DNA of 52,337 bases from IMG/VR virus record IMGVR_UViG_3300036770_004836, positions 1 to 52,337 of that record; one strand, 5' to 3'. A program made the position numbers and the translations under genes. Positions 19,441-29,170 of this stretch are shown here, one piece after another. Position 1 is the first letter of the stretch, and every line of letters starts with the position of its first letter. The notes beneath the pieces are model-generated. The model made no database searches. It saw only the letters and a program-made list of their open reading frames with translations, and was not told where the DNA came from. The DNA comes from a virus (taxonomy: Duplodnaviria > Caudoviricetes).

Positions 19441-20630
19441 TGATATATGCCTTTGAAAATGTTTTCAGTTAAACTCCATTTATCAGGTAATCCAAATGGT
19501 TCTGCATAATTATTATCGAAGTCCCTAAGTAAAATTTTATATTCATCTTTATTTTCTTTGATTAGGGTTTTCAGTTGACTCGGAATATACTCATCATTAT
19601 AAACAATTGCAGTTGCTGTGTCAATATTAGACCTTGACAAATCAATGACTTCATTTCGAACTTGTCCAAAATCTTTGTTTTTTATTGCATAAAGATTATC
19701 GATAATTCCCAAACATCTCAAAGGTATTGAATTTGCATCATCAAATCGATAATCAAATATATTACCATACAAAGAAAATCCATATTTTGATAAATTCAAA
19801 TTTTGACCTCGTGCACCCAAAACCAAAAATGGTTTACCAAACAAAATACTCTTGAAAGTTTTTTCGGTATGAAACATGTATTCTTTAGTTAACTCAGGAA
19901 TTACATGATTGAATGAATGGTATGGGTACGTTTCTCCAACAATATCAATTAAATTGGGAGTATTATATAATTTTTCCGAAAAATATCGTTGTGGCATGTC
20001 AGCAGGCTTATCATAAAACTCATCATAGGTTAATTGTCGTGCTTGAAAATATTTGAAGTTCCACCCTTGAGATTCTTTGTGCTGCCATGTGTTTATTCCA
20101 TAATTAAATAAATCAAATTTACACAAGTAATCCAATAACATTGCACGATGATTTCTTGCATGGTTGTTGAGATTAAGATAAAGTTTGTCGATTGGTCTAT
20201 ATCGATTGAATAACTTTGAAGGTTCCATACCATAAGCTTGAGCCATACCATAAAATGTATAATGGAGTAACGCAGTTGGCCAAAATAATACTTCAAAATT
20301 TTTGATTGGATTAGTTTTAATATTCACATATGCATTACTATAATCACAACCAACAAGAAGATATAACTTGACATTGTTTTTTATCAAAGTATTTTCGAGA
20401 TGCTGAAAATCCTTTCGATGATTCGGATTGATATCGTAATCATATTCAAGGTAACTCATAAATCGTTCATCAAAAGCCTCCCAAGGATGCCAAAGTATTG
20501 CATGACTTTCAGGTTTTATTCTATCGATTAAATCAGAAATCTCATCAACGTTCGTGAAACCACCCGAAGGATTAATTAATAAAACACTTTTATGAAACCT
20601 ATAATCGACCATGATTTTTATACCATTCAA
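19437..20630 (-). CDS. Putative glycosyltransferase, GT10-like phage paralog family (likely start 20612)
   Basis: LNNHARNHR...DIVGET...HTEKTFKSILFGKPFLVLG...YGF.LY..IFDY.FD. Confidence 0.55.
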   Translation of the reverse strand: MNGIKIMVDYRFHKSVLLINPSGGFTNVDEISDLIDRIKPESHAILWHPWEAFDERFMSYLEYDYDINPNHRKDFQHLENTLIKNNVKLYLLVGCDYSNAYVNIKTNPIKNFEVLFWPTALLHYTFYGMAQAYGMEPSKLFNRYRPIDKLYLNLNNHARNHRAMLLDYLCKFDLFNYGINTWQHKESQGWNFKYFQARQLTYDEFYDKPADMPQRYFSEKLYNTPNLIDIVGETYPYHSFNHVIPELTKEYMFHTEKTFKSILFGKPFLVLGARGQNLNLSKYGFSLYGNIFDYRFDDANSIPLRCLGIIDNLYAIKNKDFGQVRNEVIDLSRSNIDTATAIVYNDEYIPSQLKTLIKENKDEYKILLRDFDNNYAEPFGLPDKWSLTENIFKGIYQ

Positions 20631-21558
20631 TAGTTTCAGTTATACCTCGTTCAAAAGTGTAATTAGGAATAAACCCGAGTTCTGTTTGTATTCTATCAGT
20701 ACTCACAGCACGGAATGGGATTGTTGTTGGTTTTGATTCATCCCATGTAACTTCAGGAGTTAATCCACTTACTTTTACTATCGTATCAACAATTTTACCG
20801 ATAGTTATTCCGCCTCCATATCCTAAATTATAAGGTCTCATTGATTCTCCTTTTTCAAGAATTAAAAGTCCACCATTAACCACGTCTTTGACGTATAGAA
20901 AATCTCTAACAACGTCAGATGTACCCCACACAACAAAAGGATTTTCCCCACTTAACAACCTTTTTATCAGTGCAGGAACCACGTGACAAGTTTTCAAATC
21001 AAAGTTATCGTAAGGCCCGAATATTGCAGTACCTCTTGCAATACAGATTTTCATATCCCCCAAACGTGATACGTGTTCCATCAACTTTTCCCGATATCTC
21101 CTCATCCATCCATATCCATAGTAAGATTTATAAGGTTCATCCACCCAAAACTCATCTTCGGTTAGTGGTCTTCTGATGTCAGGATATCCTGTAGAACTAT
21201 TAAGATCTAAAAATTTTTTTACTTTTGATTTGTACGATGCTTCCAATACATTTCCAATTATTTGGATTTGTTTCAATGAAATTTGTACATCAGTTGGTAC
21301 TGTGGAAGGATGAGCAATTTGTCCCGCACAATGAATTACATAATCACAACCTTCAACAAGCTTGAAACAATCTTCTAACTTTGTTAGGTCTAAATTTTCA
21401 TGAACAATGATACTCTCATGCGTATATTGTAATGGAGATTTGTGAGTATGAGTAATAACTTTTGCACCTTGTTTGACAAGTTCAATTAAATAATGAGTAC
21501 CGATGAATCCGGATCCACCAGTTACCACAACCTTTTTATCTTTGAAGAATTCACTCAT
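20599..21558 (-). CDS. GDP-L-fucose synthase/ColC-like NAD(P)-dependent epimerase-reductase
   Basis: VTGGSGFIG, IFGPYDNFD..TCHVVPALI, VWG...RDFLYV; catalytic YxxxK replaced by YGWMR. Confidence 0.8.
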   Translation of the reverse strand: MSEFFKDKKVVVTGGSGFIGTHYLIELVKQGAKVITHTHKSPLQYTHESIIVHENLDLTKLEDCFKLVEGCDYVIHCAGQIAHPSTVPTDVQISLKQIQIIGNVLEASYKSKVKKFLDLNSSTGYPDIRRPLTEDEFWVDEPYKSYYGYGWMRRYREKLMEHVSRLGDMKICIARGTAIFGPYDNFDLKTCHVVPALIKRLLSGENPFVVWGTSDVVRDFLYVKDVVNGGLLILEKGESMRPYNLGYGGGITIGKIVDTIVKVSGLTPEVTWDESKPTTIPFRAVSTDRIQTELGFIPNYTFERGITETIEWYKNHGRL

Positions 21559-21559
21559 A

Positions 21560-22534
21560 CTAATGGTTAATAAAAGGATTATATCGTTTATCTAAAATAT
21601 CTTTATTATTCAAAAACCACTCTGTAGTTTTTTTAACACCCTCTTCCAATGAAGTATGACTTTTGAACCCATATTTATTCATCTTATTCATACTCATCAA
21701 TCTTTGTTTATCACCACTCGGTACATCGGTATACCACTTAACATCAATGTCTTTTCCTGAATGTTTGATGACTAATTCAACAAGTTCTTTAATTGAATTA
21801 CCTTCTCCCGAACCCAAGTTAACAGGTTCAGTAATTTTATTTTCAACCGTAAAAATCATACCTTCAGCGACATCTTCAGCATAAATAAAATCACGAATTG
21901 GAGACCCATCTCCAAAAACGTCTAAAACATCGTTTTCCTGAGCTTTACGTATCAATGAAGGTACAACCATCGCATTAGCAGGATTAAAGTTGTCATATGG
22001 TCCATAAACGTTTGCAGGTCTAACTATTGATATCCTATCCCACCCGTATTGTTTTTTATAGGTTTCAGTTTGTAATTCTCCAATTCTTTTCGCCCACCCC
22101 GCATAAATGTCGTTAGGTGAAGGAAAACTACCCCAAACACTTTCTTCATAAAAAATTTCAGACGGAGCATAAACTCCAACTGAACTTGTGAACAAATACC
22201 ATTTGACATCAGATTCAAATGCAGCTTGAGTCATGTTAGTATTGAACTGCAACATAGGGACCATAAAATCAACTGGTTGATTCATACACATCTGTGGAGA
22301 CCCCTTAACACCCGCTAAATGGAAAACATAATCTTTTCCCTTACATACTTCTAAACAACTATTAAAATTTCTCAAGTCAGTCTTGACAAAATCAACATTG
22401 AAGGGTAAGTGTTCTGGTTCTGTCAAATCCGCAATAGTGACTTTGGCACCTCTTAATACTAACTTTTTAACAAGTTGTCTCCCAATCATCCCGGCGCCAC
22501 CTGTTACTAATACTTTTTGGTTATTAAACATCAT
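21560..22534 (-). CDS. GDP-L-fucose synthase/ColC-like NAD(P)-dependent epimerase-reductase
   Basis: VTGGAGMIG, RPANVYGPYDNF, VVPSLIRK, FGDGSPIRDFIY, NLGSG. Confidence 0.8.
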   Translation of the reverse strand: MMFNNQKVLVTGGAGMIGRQLVKKLVLRGAKVTIADLTEPEHLPFNVDFVKTDLRNFNSCLEVCKGKDYVFHLAGVKGSPQMCMNQPVDFMVPMLQFNTNMTQAAFESDVKWYLFTSSVGVYAPSEIFYEESVWGSFPSPNDIYAGWAKRIGELQTETYKKQYGWDRISIVRPANVYGPYDNFNPANAMVVPSLIRKAQENDVLDVFGDGSPIRDFIYAEDVAEGMIFTVENKITEPVNLGSGEGNSIKELVELVIKHSGKDIDVKWYTDVPSGDKQRLMSMNKMNKYGFKSHTSLEEGVKKTTEWFLNNKDILDKRYNPFINH

Positions 22535-23711
22535 TCAATCTTTTTACTAAATTTATAATTTCGTCATCCGTTACATCCGTATGATTTCCAATGTACAATG
22601 AATTATTATGAACATAATTCACAAAGTCCAAATCCCCAACAACCTTAAATGGAAAACTATCTAAATATGGTTGGTTGGCCTGATTTCCACCACCAGCAGT
22701 TCCTAATCTATATTCCACACCATAAAAATCGAGAATGTCACAAACGCTATCGAAATCGTCATTGATATGAAATCTGTGTTGATACTCAGGTTTTATTATC
22801 AGAGGTAGTGCAAAACTACTATTACCTTCAACAATAAACTCAGTATAATATTTTTTTTTATCTAAATTTTCTAACCAAACTGATAGGTTATGTTTACGTT
22901 TTTCAATATTAAAATCAATTCGTTTCATCTGTTCAATACCAAGTACCGCATTTATTTCAGTGCTTCTCATGTTGAATCCTGCAACTGCAAAAGTGAAAAG
23001 TGGATTCAAATCCTTATAATTATTTCTATAAAAATTTTGAGTTTCTTCCGAACCTTCTCTCGTCATACCATGAGACCTGAATAACCTACAGAGTTCGTGT
23101 ATTTCTGGATTATTAGTACAAATCATTCCACCTTCTACAGTTGTAATATGGTGACCGAAATAATATGAAAAAATTGATATGTCCCCGAAACTTCCAACCT
23201 TCTGTTCTCCATATGTCGCACCATGTGCCTCACAACAATCCTCAATTAAAAGAATATCATTTTCTTTAGCGATTTTGATAATCTCTTCGTTTATAGCATT
23301 GAATCCCAAACAATGTACAAGTACTATTGCCTTTGTTTTTTTTGTGATGGCTCTTTTGATATTTTCTACGGTAATTGATAATCTATCTAAAGAGATGTCC
23401 ACAAATACCGGTGTCATTCCTAATTGAACGACTGACGAAATATCTGAAACCCAGCCTAATGGAGGAACAATAACTTCACCGATACCTTTAAGATGTTTTA
23501 CAATTGCAATTGAAACAAAATTACCGGAGTTTCCTGAGTTCAACATAGTACTATGTTTTACCCCCAACCAATTACTCCAAATATTTTCAAACTCTTTTAC
23601 TTTATCACCGTTTGTGAGCCTCTGATTTGAAAGAATAAATTCGGAAAGTACACGTCTGTCTTCATCAGAAACATTATCATTTATTAATGGCCATTTATAA
23701 TTTTTTCCCAT
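22524..23711 (-). CDS. colD: PLP-dependent DegT family enzyme, GDP-4-keto-6-deoxymannose 3-dehydratase (ColD)-like
   Basis: IEDCCEAHGA; FSYYFGHHITTVEGG with His in place of the Schiff-base Lys; RSHGMTR; lacks the Fe-S Cys motif of RfbH/E1; near gmd. Confidence 0.7.
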   Translation of the reverse strand: MGKNYKWPLINDNVSDEDRRVLSEFILSNQRLTNGDKVKEFENIWSNWLGVKHSTMLNSGNSGNFVSIAIVKHLKGIGEVIVPPLGWVSDISSVVQLGMTPVFVDISLDRLSITVENIKRAITKKTKAIVLVHCLGFNAINEEIIKIAKENDILLIEDCCEAHGATYGEQKVGSFGDISIFSYYFGHHITTVEGGMICTNNPEIHELCRLFRSHGMTREGSEETQNFYRNNYKDLNPLFTFAVAGFNMRSTEINAVLGIEQMKRIDFNIEKRKHNLSVWLENLDKKKYYTEFIVEGNSSFALPLIIKPEYQHRFHINDDFDSVCDILDFYGVEYRLGTAGGGNQANQPYLDSFPFKVVGDLDFVNYVHNNSLYIGNHTDVTDDEIINLVKRLNDV

Positions 23712-23728
23712 AATAATAAAAATAAATG

Positions 23729-24463
23729 TTATTCAATCGAAGTCAAAGAATTGTCCAATATTAATTTGAGAAGCGGTATGGGTATTTTCACAGGATTATG
23801 TAACCCAACAGGATAAGGGTAAAAAATATCTTCAACACTAAATTGCATCGCAGTCAATATGTCGGGCAATTCCTCATCATTCAAGTTTTTTATGAAAAAA
23901 ATATCTTCCCAAATGTCTTCTTCGTAATCATTGTTTTTCAAATATTCAATTGTTTTTGATTTTTTTCGGATGGACAATCCACCATTACCAACAAACTTTC
24001 CTTCTTTTGGAAACGTCCACGGAGCACCAATAAAGTCATATTCCAAAAAATCATCTATATTATCTCTCAATAACAAAGAATCTATTTGAAAATTAAGTAT
24101 AGTTTCCCCCTTAACCATTTCCCAGAATTCAATAGTTTTCAATAATTCCGTATGAGTTTTTTTGTCGAGGTCTTCGATGTCTAATTTCGTTAGGACAACA
24201 TTACTCCAATCTTTGACAATATTCTTTATATAGTTTTCATTACTCTCACTATGAAAAATTTGTAATCCCCATTTTACATTTCGATTTCCTTTATTCAAAA
24301 AATAAATGTGGTTTTTTAGTATTTGTTCGAAATTAATAACAGTCCTATTCTCAATAATAATTGAATTAAACTCCGAATTTTTTTTCAGTTTGGGGTGAAA
24401 ATTTTTAGTTTTTTCTGTGAATTTGACCAAATAATCATTTAATAAATCGTATTGTTCTGTCAT
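23729..24463 (-). CDS. DUF5672-like putative glycosyltransferase
   Basis: FQIDSLL...YDFIGAPW...VGNGGLSIR...EDIFF...A.QFSVE...GLH. Confidence 0.7.
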   Translation of the reverse strand: MTEQYDLLNDYLVKFTEKTKNFHPKLKKNSEFNSIIIENRTVINFEQILKNHIYFLNKGNRNVKWGLQIFHSESNENYIKNIVKDWSNVVLTKLDIEDLDKKTHTELLKTIEFWEMVKGETILNFQIDSLLLRDNIDDFLEYDFIGAPWTFPKEGKFVGNGGLSIRKKSKTIEYLKNNDYEEDIWEDIFFIKNLNDEELPDILTAMQFSVEDIFYPYPVGLHNPVKIPIPLLKLILDNSLTSIE

Positions 24464-25080
24464 AAAAATTCTTGGATTTTGTGATAAATGTAATCCCCAA
24501 TAATTCGGTACCCAAACTCATTAGGATGATAATCCCCTTTGAACATGTTTTCTTTATCGTCCCAAACTTTTCGGCTATTATACTCCCAAACAGAAATATC
24601 ATTCTGTCTCTCATAAAAATTGAGAAAATCTGAAAGACATTCTTCAGGATTAATAAAATACTTCGGTAGTTGCCCCACCTCAAAATCTTCATCCAGAAAT
24701 GTGGGATAAAAAGAATTAAAATAGAAGTGTATATGGTTTTGAAGTTTAGATTCTAATTTGTTATAAATCTCAATGACATTGTAAGTATCTGCAGTATATC
24801 TGTACGGGTAAGAAAACATTACAATAATAATATCATTTGGTTCAATGAATCCATAGTTAAATGACTCTTCAACTTCTTTTAAGATATACTCGTTTCCATA
24901 TCCACAAACACCACAATTTACATACAAACAATCTAATTTTTGAGCAACCCACCTTGGCCAAGAATTTTGATTTCGTAAATTTGTTATAAATTTTTCAGGA
25001 TGTGCGACTTCTTTATACTTAGAATCGGTTTCAATTCCATGACCTGCAGTCCAACTATCACCGAAACATATTAGTTTCAT
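24460..25080 (-). CDS. SGNH/GDSL hydrolase-like protein
   Basis: CFGDSWTAG, G..GYGN, DYHPNEFGY. Confidence 0.8.
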   Translation of the reverse strand: MKLICFGDSWTAGHGIETDSKYKEVAHPEKFITNLRNQNSWPRWVAQKLDCLYVNCGVCGYGNEYILKEVEESFNYGFIEPNDIIIVMFSYPYRYTADTYNVIEIYNKLESKLQNHIHFYFNSFYPTFLDEDFEVGQLPKYFINPEECLSDFLNFYERQNDISVWEYNSRKVWDDKENMFKGDYHPNEFGYRIIGDYIYHKIQEFL

Positions 25081-25814
25081 ATTAAATTTTCTCTTTTTTT
25101 GATAAACTCATAAAAGTATTTTGCATGTGATAGATGACCCAACTCTCCACTATGTAAGTCCTTTACTTCACCTGAAGTTTCATGCTCCATTGTATGTTTT
25201 CCATCGGAATATAATCTTCTTGCAAACTCAAAAACATCAAAGTTACCATCGGGAGTTGTTATGAAACTACCAACTTCATCTTTATTAATATAATCATCAT
25301 GAAAAAATGCACCATCAGAATTCCAATGTAAAATTTTAACATCACTTCGAATACAAAAGGTATTAATTAAAGATACCCAGTTCCAAAGTTCTGAATTCCA
25401 AGCAGGATGTGATCTATTATTAAAAACTTCTATCAAGGTATCATCAGAAAAAATATGAGTTCCATTAGTATTAATGAACGATGGCAATATGTTATTCATA
25501 TGTCCATCTCTTTCATTATATGCCACAAACCTTAAAAGAGATGTCCATCCAATAATTACTAAGTCTCCCTTTTGAAAATTTTTATGTTCGTCAATGAATT
25601 TCCAAAAAATGGTTTGGTTAGCAGCTCCTCCCTCCCCACAGTTTTTAACATCGTAATTCATCATTTCACCGAGTACTGTCGGCCAAACTTTTGGTAAATT
25701 CCCACCTCTCCAATCTTTGTAATCATCATAATTACTTCTGTGATTAACATCTCCTACTGGATGATATTCTGCAGTAAAACTACATCCAAATACCCATAAA
25801 GTTTTTTTACTCAT
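25077..25814 (-). CDS. SGNH hydrolase-like protein
   Basis: VFGCSFT, GEGGAAN, IIGWT...R, DLHSGELGH. Confidence 0.7.
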   Translation of the reverse strand: MSKKTLWVFGCSFTAEYHPVGDVNHRSNYDDYKDWRGGNLPKVWPTVLGEMMNYDVKNCGEGGAANQTIFWKFIDEHKNFQKGDLVIIGWTSLLRFVAYNERDGHMNNILPSFINTNGTHIFSDDTLIEVFNNRSHPAWNSELWNWVSLINTFCIRSDVKILHWNSDGAFFHDDYINKDEVGSFITTPDGNFDVFEFARRLYSDGKHTMEHETSGEVKDLHSGELGHLSHAKYFYEFIKKRENLI

Positions 25815-26599
25815 ATTAAGTTATTTTTTGTAATGTATTTATAAAACATTTCATATTGTATGACATGACCATTTTCACCTAAATGACCATCTCCAACAAC
25901 TCTATTTGTTTCATCAAAAATTGTGGTAGCACCATTATTAAAGAACACATCAAAAATTGTTCTTTTCATTCCCATACGCACAAAACTATGATTGTTTATT
26001 TCAGGTCTTATGTCCACTGGCAAACTTCCAATTTCTTCGTGAAGTAAGTATAAGTCATTATTTAATTTTTCTGGAGGTAAATTGTTAATTATATCAATAT
26101 CTGCAGACCAAAAGAACAATCTAAAACCTTTGGACTTAGAAAATTGAGTGATTAATTTCTCTTGTTCATAAACCTCATCAATGTATGGAGGTAAAGTTTT
26201 ATTCACCGCAATGTCTTGTCTAGTGGATTCTGAAATATAAGTACCATCTTCAGGATTAGCACTTAATCTTTTCCATTGATATAGATTTTGAGGTCCATAA
26301 TAATACGCCCACCTAAATCTTTGAGGATAGGTCCAATTAATAATTACCATATCTCCAATTTCAATCTCATCAGAATGACGACAGAAAGTTTGAAAAATTT
26401 CTGTGTTTGACATTCCTGCCACAGCATGATTCCTCATTTCCATGCCAAGTCGGTTCGACAACAAATCCCCCCAACAAAGAGGTAACTGACCACCCCTATA
26501 ATCTCTCCAGTCATGATAACGAGGAAAACTATCATCGAGTAAATGACCTTGAGTAAAGCTATCTCCAAATAAATGTAATTTTTTCATATCAAATTCCAA
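25811..26599 (-). CDS. SGNH hydrolase-like protein (likely start 26587)
   Basis: LFGDSFTQG, AVAGMSN, INWT...R, DGHLGENGH. Confidence 0.75.
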   Translation of the reverse strand: MEFDMKKLHLFGDSFTQGHLLDDSFPRYHDWRDYRGGQLPLCWGDLLSNRLGMEMRNHAVAGMSNTEIFQTFCRHSDEIEIGDMVIINWTYPQRFRWAYYYGPQNLYQWKRLSANPEDGTYISESTRQDIAVNKTLPPYIDEVYEQEKLITQFSKSKGFRLFFWSADIDIINNLPPEKLNNDLYLLHEEIGSLPVDIRPEINNHSFVRMGMKRTIFDVFFNNGATTIFDETNRVVGDGHLGENGHVIQYEMFYKYITKNNLI

Positions 26600-27879
26600 A
26601 ATAAATCAAAATCTTGTGTTTTATCCAAAGCAATATCAAGTAACTTTTTTCTGTTTAATTCGAACCTTTCTCGATTATTTCTGTAAAAAATTCGAATTTC
26701 TTCCTTTCGGTCATTTATTCTCTTAATTTCGTCAATGAACATTAAAAATCTTTTTTTATCATTTAATTCACTATCGTATGAATGGTCTATTATGTCTTCA
26801 AAAAAATCAAAGTCATATTTCTCTTTCAGTTTCTTTATGTGATTAGGCGTCGCTAAAATTAACGGAATTTGATAATAATAAAATGGTCTGAAAGATTTTT
26901 CGGTTGTGTGGACAACATTAGGGAAAAAAGTTTGAGATTCGAATGCGCTTTCCGAAATTATGTTAACGTAAGAATTCTCATAACTTTCACTAATTTCAGG
27001 GTAGTGAAGACATGAATTTTTGTTGTTGTGAAAACCAGTAAATCCGTAATTTTTATAATCATAATATTCTTTACCATTTTCATAATCATCCTCCTTGATA
27101 AGTCGGTTGAATGTCTTTATTAAATCAACATTACTCCATATATACTCTTCTTCAAAAGACAAATAATACGGCATAACATCATCCTCGGGGTAAGTGAATA
27201 ATTTAGAATAATTTACATCATCAAGAACATCATTAATCATCAAATGAAATAACAAATTTAACCTATGAGGTTTAGCCGTCTTATTTCTAGACATGAAAAA
27301 TTTACCTGTTTTATTTTCCACAAATCGTACGTCAGTGACTTCAGTCAGAGCATATGTTGATGAATAATCAATGAAATTTATTTTTTTGGCATTGACATCA
27401 TATTTTTGACTCAAATAGTCGCTCAAGGAATTGTTAGTAACATAATAGAATTTATCTGTAGAAATTCCATTTTCCCTGAGAAGTTCTTTAGTACATTTAA
27501 TTTCTACATCACATGCCGGTTCGTGTTCCATTGTTATAATCAAAAACAAATTATTACATTGCCGGATTGCTTCCAATGTCTCATCTAAAACAAAAAAATT
27601 CCAGTTGTTTTCTGAAATTATTTTTGAGGATAAAAAGGCACTTCCAATAACAAGAAAAAACTTTTCATTTGGATTCTTTCTAACATCATCAAGATTACAC
27701 ACTTTTAAGGATAACTTACGTTCAAGATGATCTTTACGACCAGTTGGTTCCATAATATGTGTTTCAAAAAAATTTCTTGCATCAAAAAAATAAAACTGAC
27801 TGAAACTACTCATTCCATTTGCAACAGGTTCATCCCCATTCCAAGATTCATATACCAAATTGATTGTCTTTTCTACCAT
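26584..27879 (-). CDS. Putative glycosyltransferase, GT10-like phage paralog family
   Basis: RNKTAKPHR...VNIISES...TTEKSFRPF...FDFFEDIIDHSYD. Confidence 0.55.
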   Translation of the reverse strand: MVEKTINLVYESWNGDEPVANGMSSFSQFYFFDARNFFETHIMEPTGRKDHLERKLSLKVCNLDDVRKNPNEKFFLVIGSAFLSSKIISENNWNFFVLDETLEAIRQCNNLFLIITMEHEPACDVEIKCTKELLRENGISTDKFYYVTNNSLSDYLSQKYDVNAKKINFIDYSSTYALTEVTDVRFVENKTGKFFMSRNKTAKPHRLNLLFHLMINDVLDDVNYSKLFTYPEDDVMPYYLSFEEEYIWSNVDLIKTFNRLIKEDDYENGKEYYDYKNYGFTGFHNNKNSCLHYPEISESYENSYVNIISESAFESQTFFPNVVHTTEKSFRPFYYYQIPLILATPNHIKKLKEKYDFDFFEDIIDHSYDSELNDKKRFLMFIDEIKRINDRKEEIRIFYRNNRERFELNRKKLLDIALDKTQDFDLFWNLI

Positions 27880-27881
27880 GA

Positions 27882-29057
27882 TTATAGTTTCATATTTTTT
27901 ATTCTAGTATCTCCATAATGAATAACTAAATTTTCATCAGATTCATATTTTCTCCATGGATCAACTATAACTGAACCTTTAGGAAATGGATAACTATGAA
28001 ATTTATCAAAATGTGCCAACAAGTATACAGCCGTAATTGGAGTTTTAATATCGAAAGATACTTCAACTCCCATCTCATTAATGTAGTGAGAGACCAAAAT
28101 TGATGACGACCCATCCAAATATTCGACATCAGGTTTATAAGATTTTCCTAAAATTACCACAGGTAAATCATGTTGTTTTGCCAGTTCAACTAAACGAGAA
28201 GCCATATTTTTAGCTTGGACTTCTCTCGCTTGCATTATAGAGTCAAACAAGTCATAACCTAATCCTAACTTTTCAGACATATATCTTAAAGCAATATTAT
28301 CTCTTGGATGACATCCTCCTCCGTCTCCCATTCCGGCCTTCATATATGCAGGCCCTAATATCCTATGAGTGCTTCTTTCAAGAGCTCCGGTGACAACATC
28401 AACATTCATATTACCATTTTTTTCCGCAACGTCTTGAATCATATTAACCAAAGCCACTTTTGTTGATATAAATGTATTATAAAATATCTTTATTGCTTCA
28501 GCTTCGTCCCATGTTCCAACTTCACATCGTGTTGTTTTATTAACTAAACTATCATAAAAATCAATTAATATTTTAGCATCACCCGTCACTGACCCATCTT
28601 CAGTACCAATGATAATCATTTCAGGATTAACCATGTCGAATTTTACCGTTCCCATGGCAATCAAATAAGGATTATAAATAAATCTAAAATTATTACAAAG
28701 TGGAATAAATTCACGTCGTATCGTTCCAGGTAACACAGTTGATATCAAGACTACAAGTTGGTCTCTAGTGGCATATTGATTGACCTCACTTAAAACATTC
28801 TTCACAATGGAATAATCAAAATCTTTATTTGGTAAATGAGAGGTTGGAAAGCGCCCATCATAATCAGGATGATGAGGAGTTGGAACTGCCACGAAAATTA
28901 TTTCTCTTTCTTGACATACTTCTTTTATACTATCAACCATAGTAAAGTTTGATGGAGTTACATTCACAACGTCAAAACCTATCACATCATGATGGCACGC
29001 CATAACTTCAGCGGCATCTTTCCCCAATTTACCAATACCTATAAATCCAATTTTCAT
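27882..29057 (-). CDS. UDP-glucose/GDP-mannose 6-dehydrogenase family protein
   Basis: IGFIGIGKLG, VAVPTP, STVLPGT, AEAIKIFYN, GDGGGCHPRD, LGKSYKP. Confidence 0.88.
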   Translation of the reverse strand: MKIGFIGIGKLGKDAAEVMACHHDVIGFDVVNVTPSNFTMVDSIKEVCQEREIIFVAVPTPHHPDYDGRFPTSHLPNKDFDYSIVKNVLSEVNQYATRDQLVVLISTVLPGTIRREFIPLCNNFRFIYNPYLIAMGTVKFDMVNPEMIIIGTEDGSVTGDAKILIDFYDSLVNKTTRCEVGTWDEAEAIKIFYNTFISTKVALVNMIQDVAEKNGNMNVDVVTGALERSTHRILGPAYMKAGMGDGGGCHPRDNIALRYMSEKLGLGYDLFDSIMQAREVQAKNMASRLVELAKQHDLPVVILGKSYKPDVEYLDGSSSILVSHYINEMGVEVSFDIKTPITAVYLLAHFDKFHSYPFPKGSVIVDPWRKYESDENLVIHYGDTRIKNMKL

Positions 29058-29170
29058 AAATAACTTTGTTCACGATTTGTACCAATATACTGTTGATACG
29101 TTAGTGGTAAATTTAGATAAAAATTGTTGACAAATCCACTAAAAAAACCATCAGATAATCAACTATAATA

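Noticed and set aside
29058-29170. Possible small ORF in the gap before the UDP-glucose-dehydrogenase-family gene
   Set aside because: The ~30-codon open stretch lacks a start codon; the only ATG-initiated frame is 12 aa
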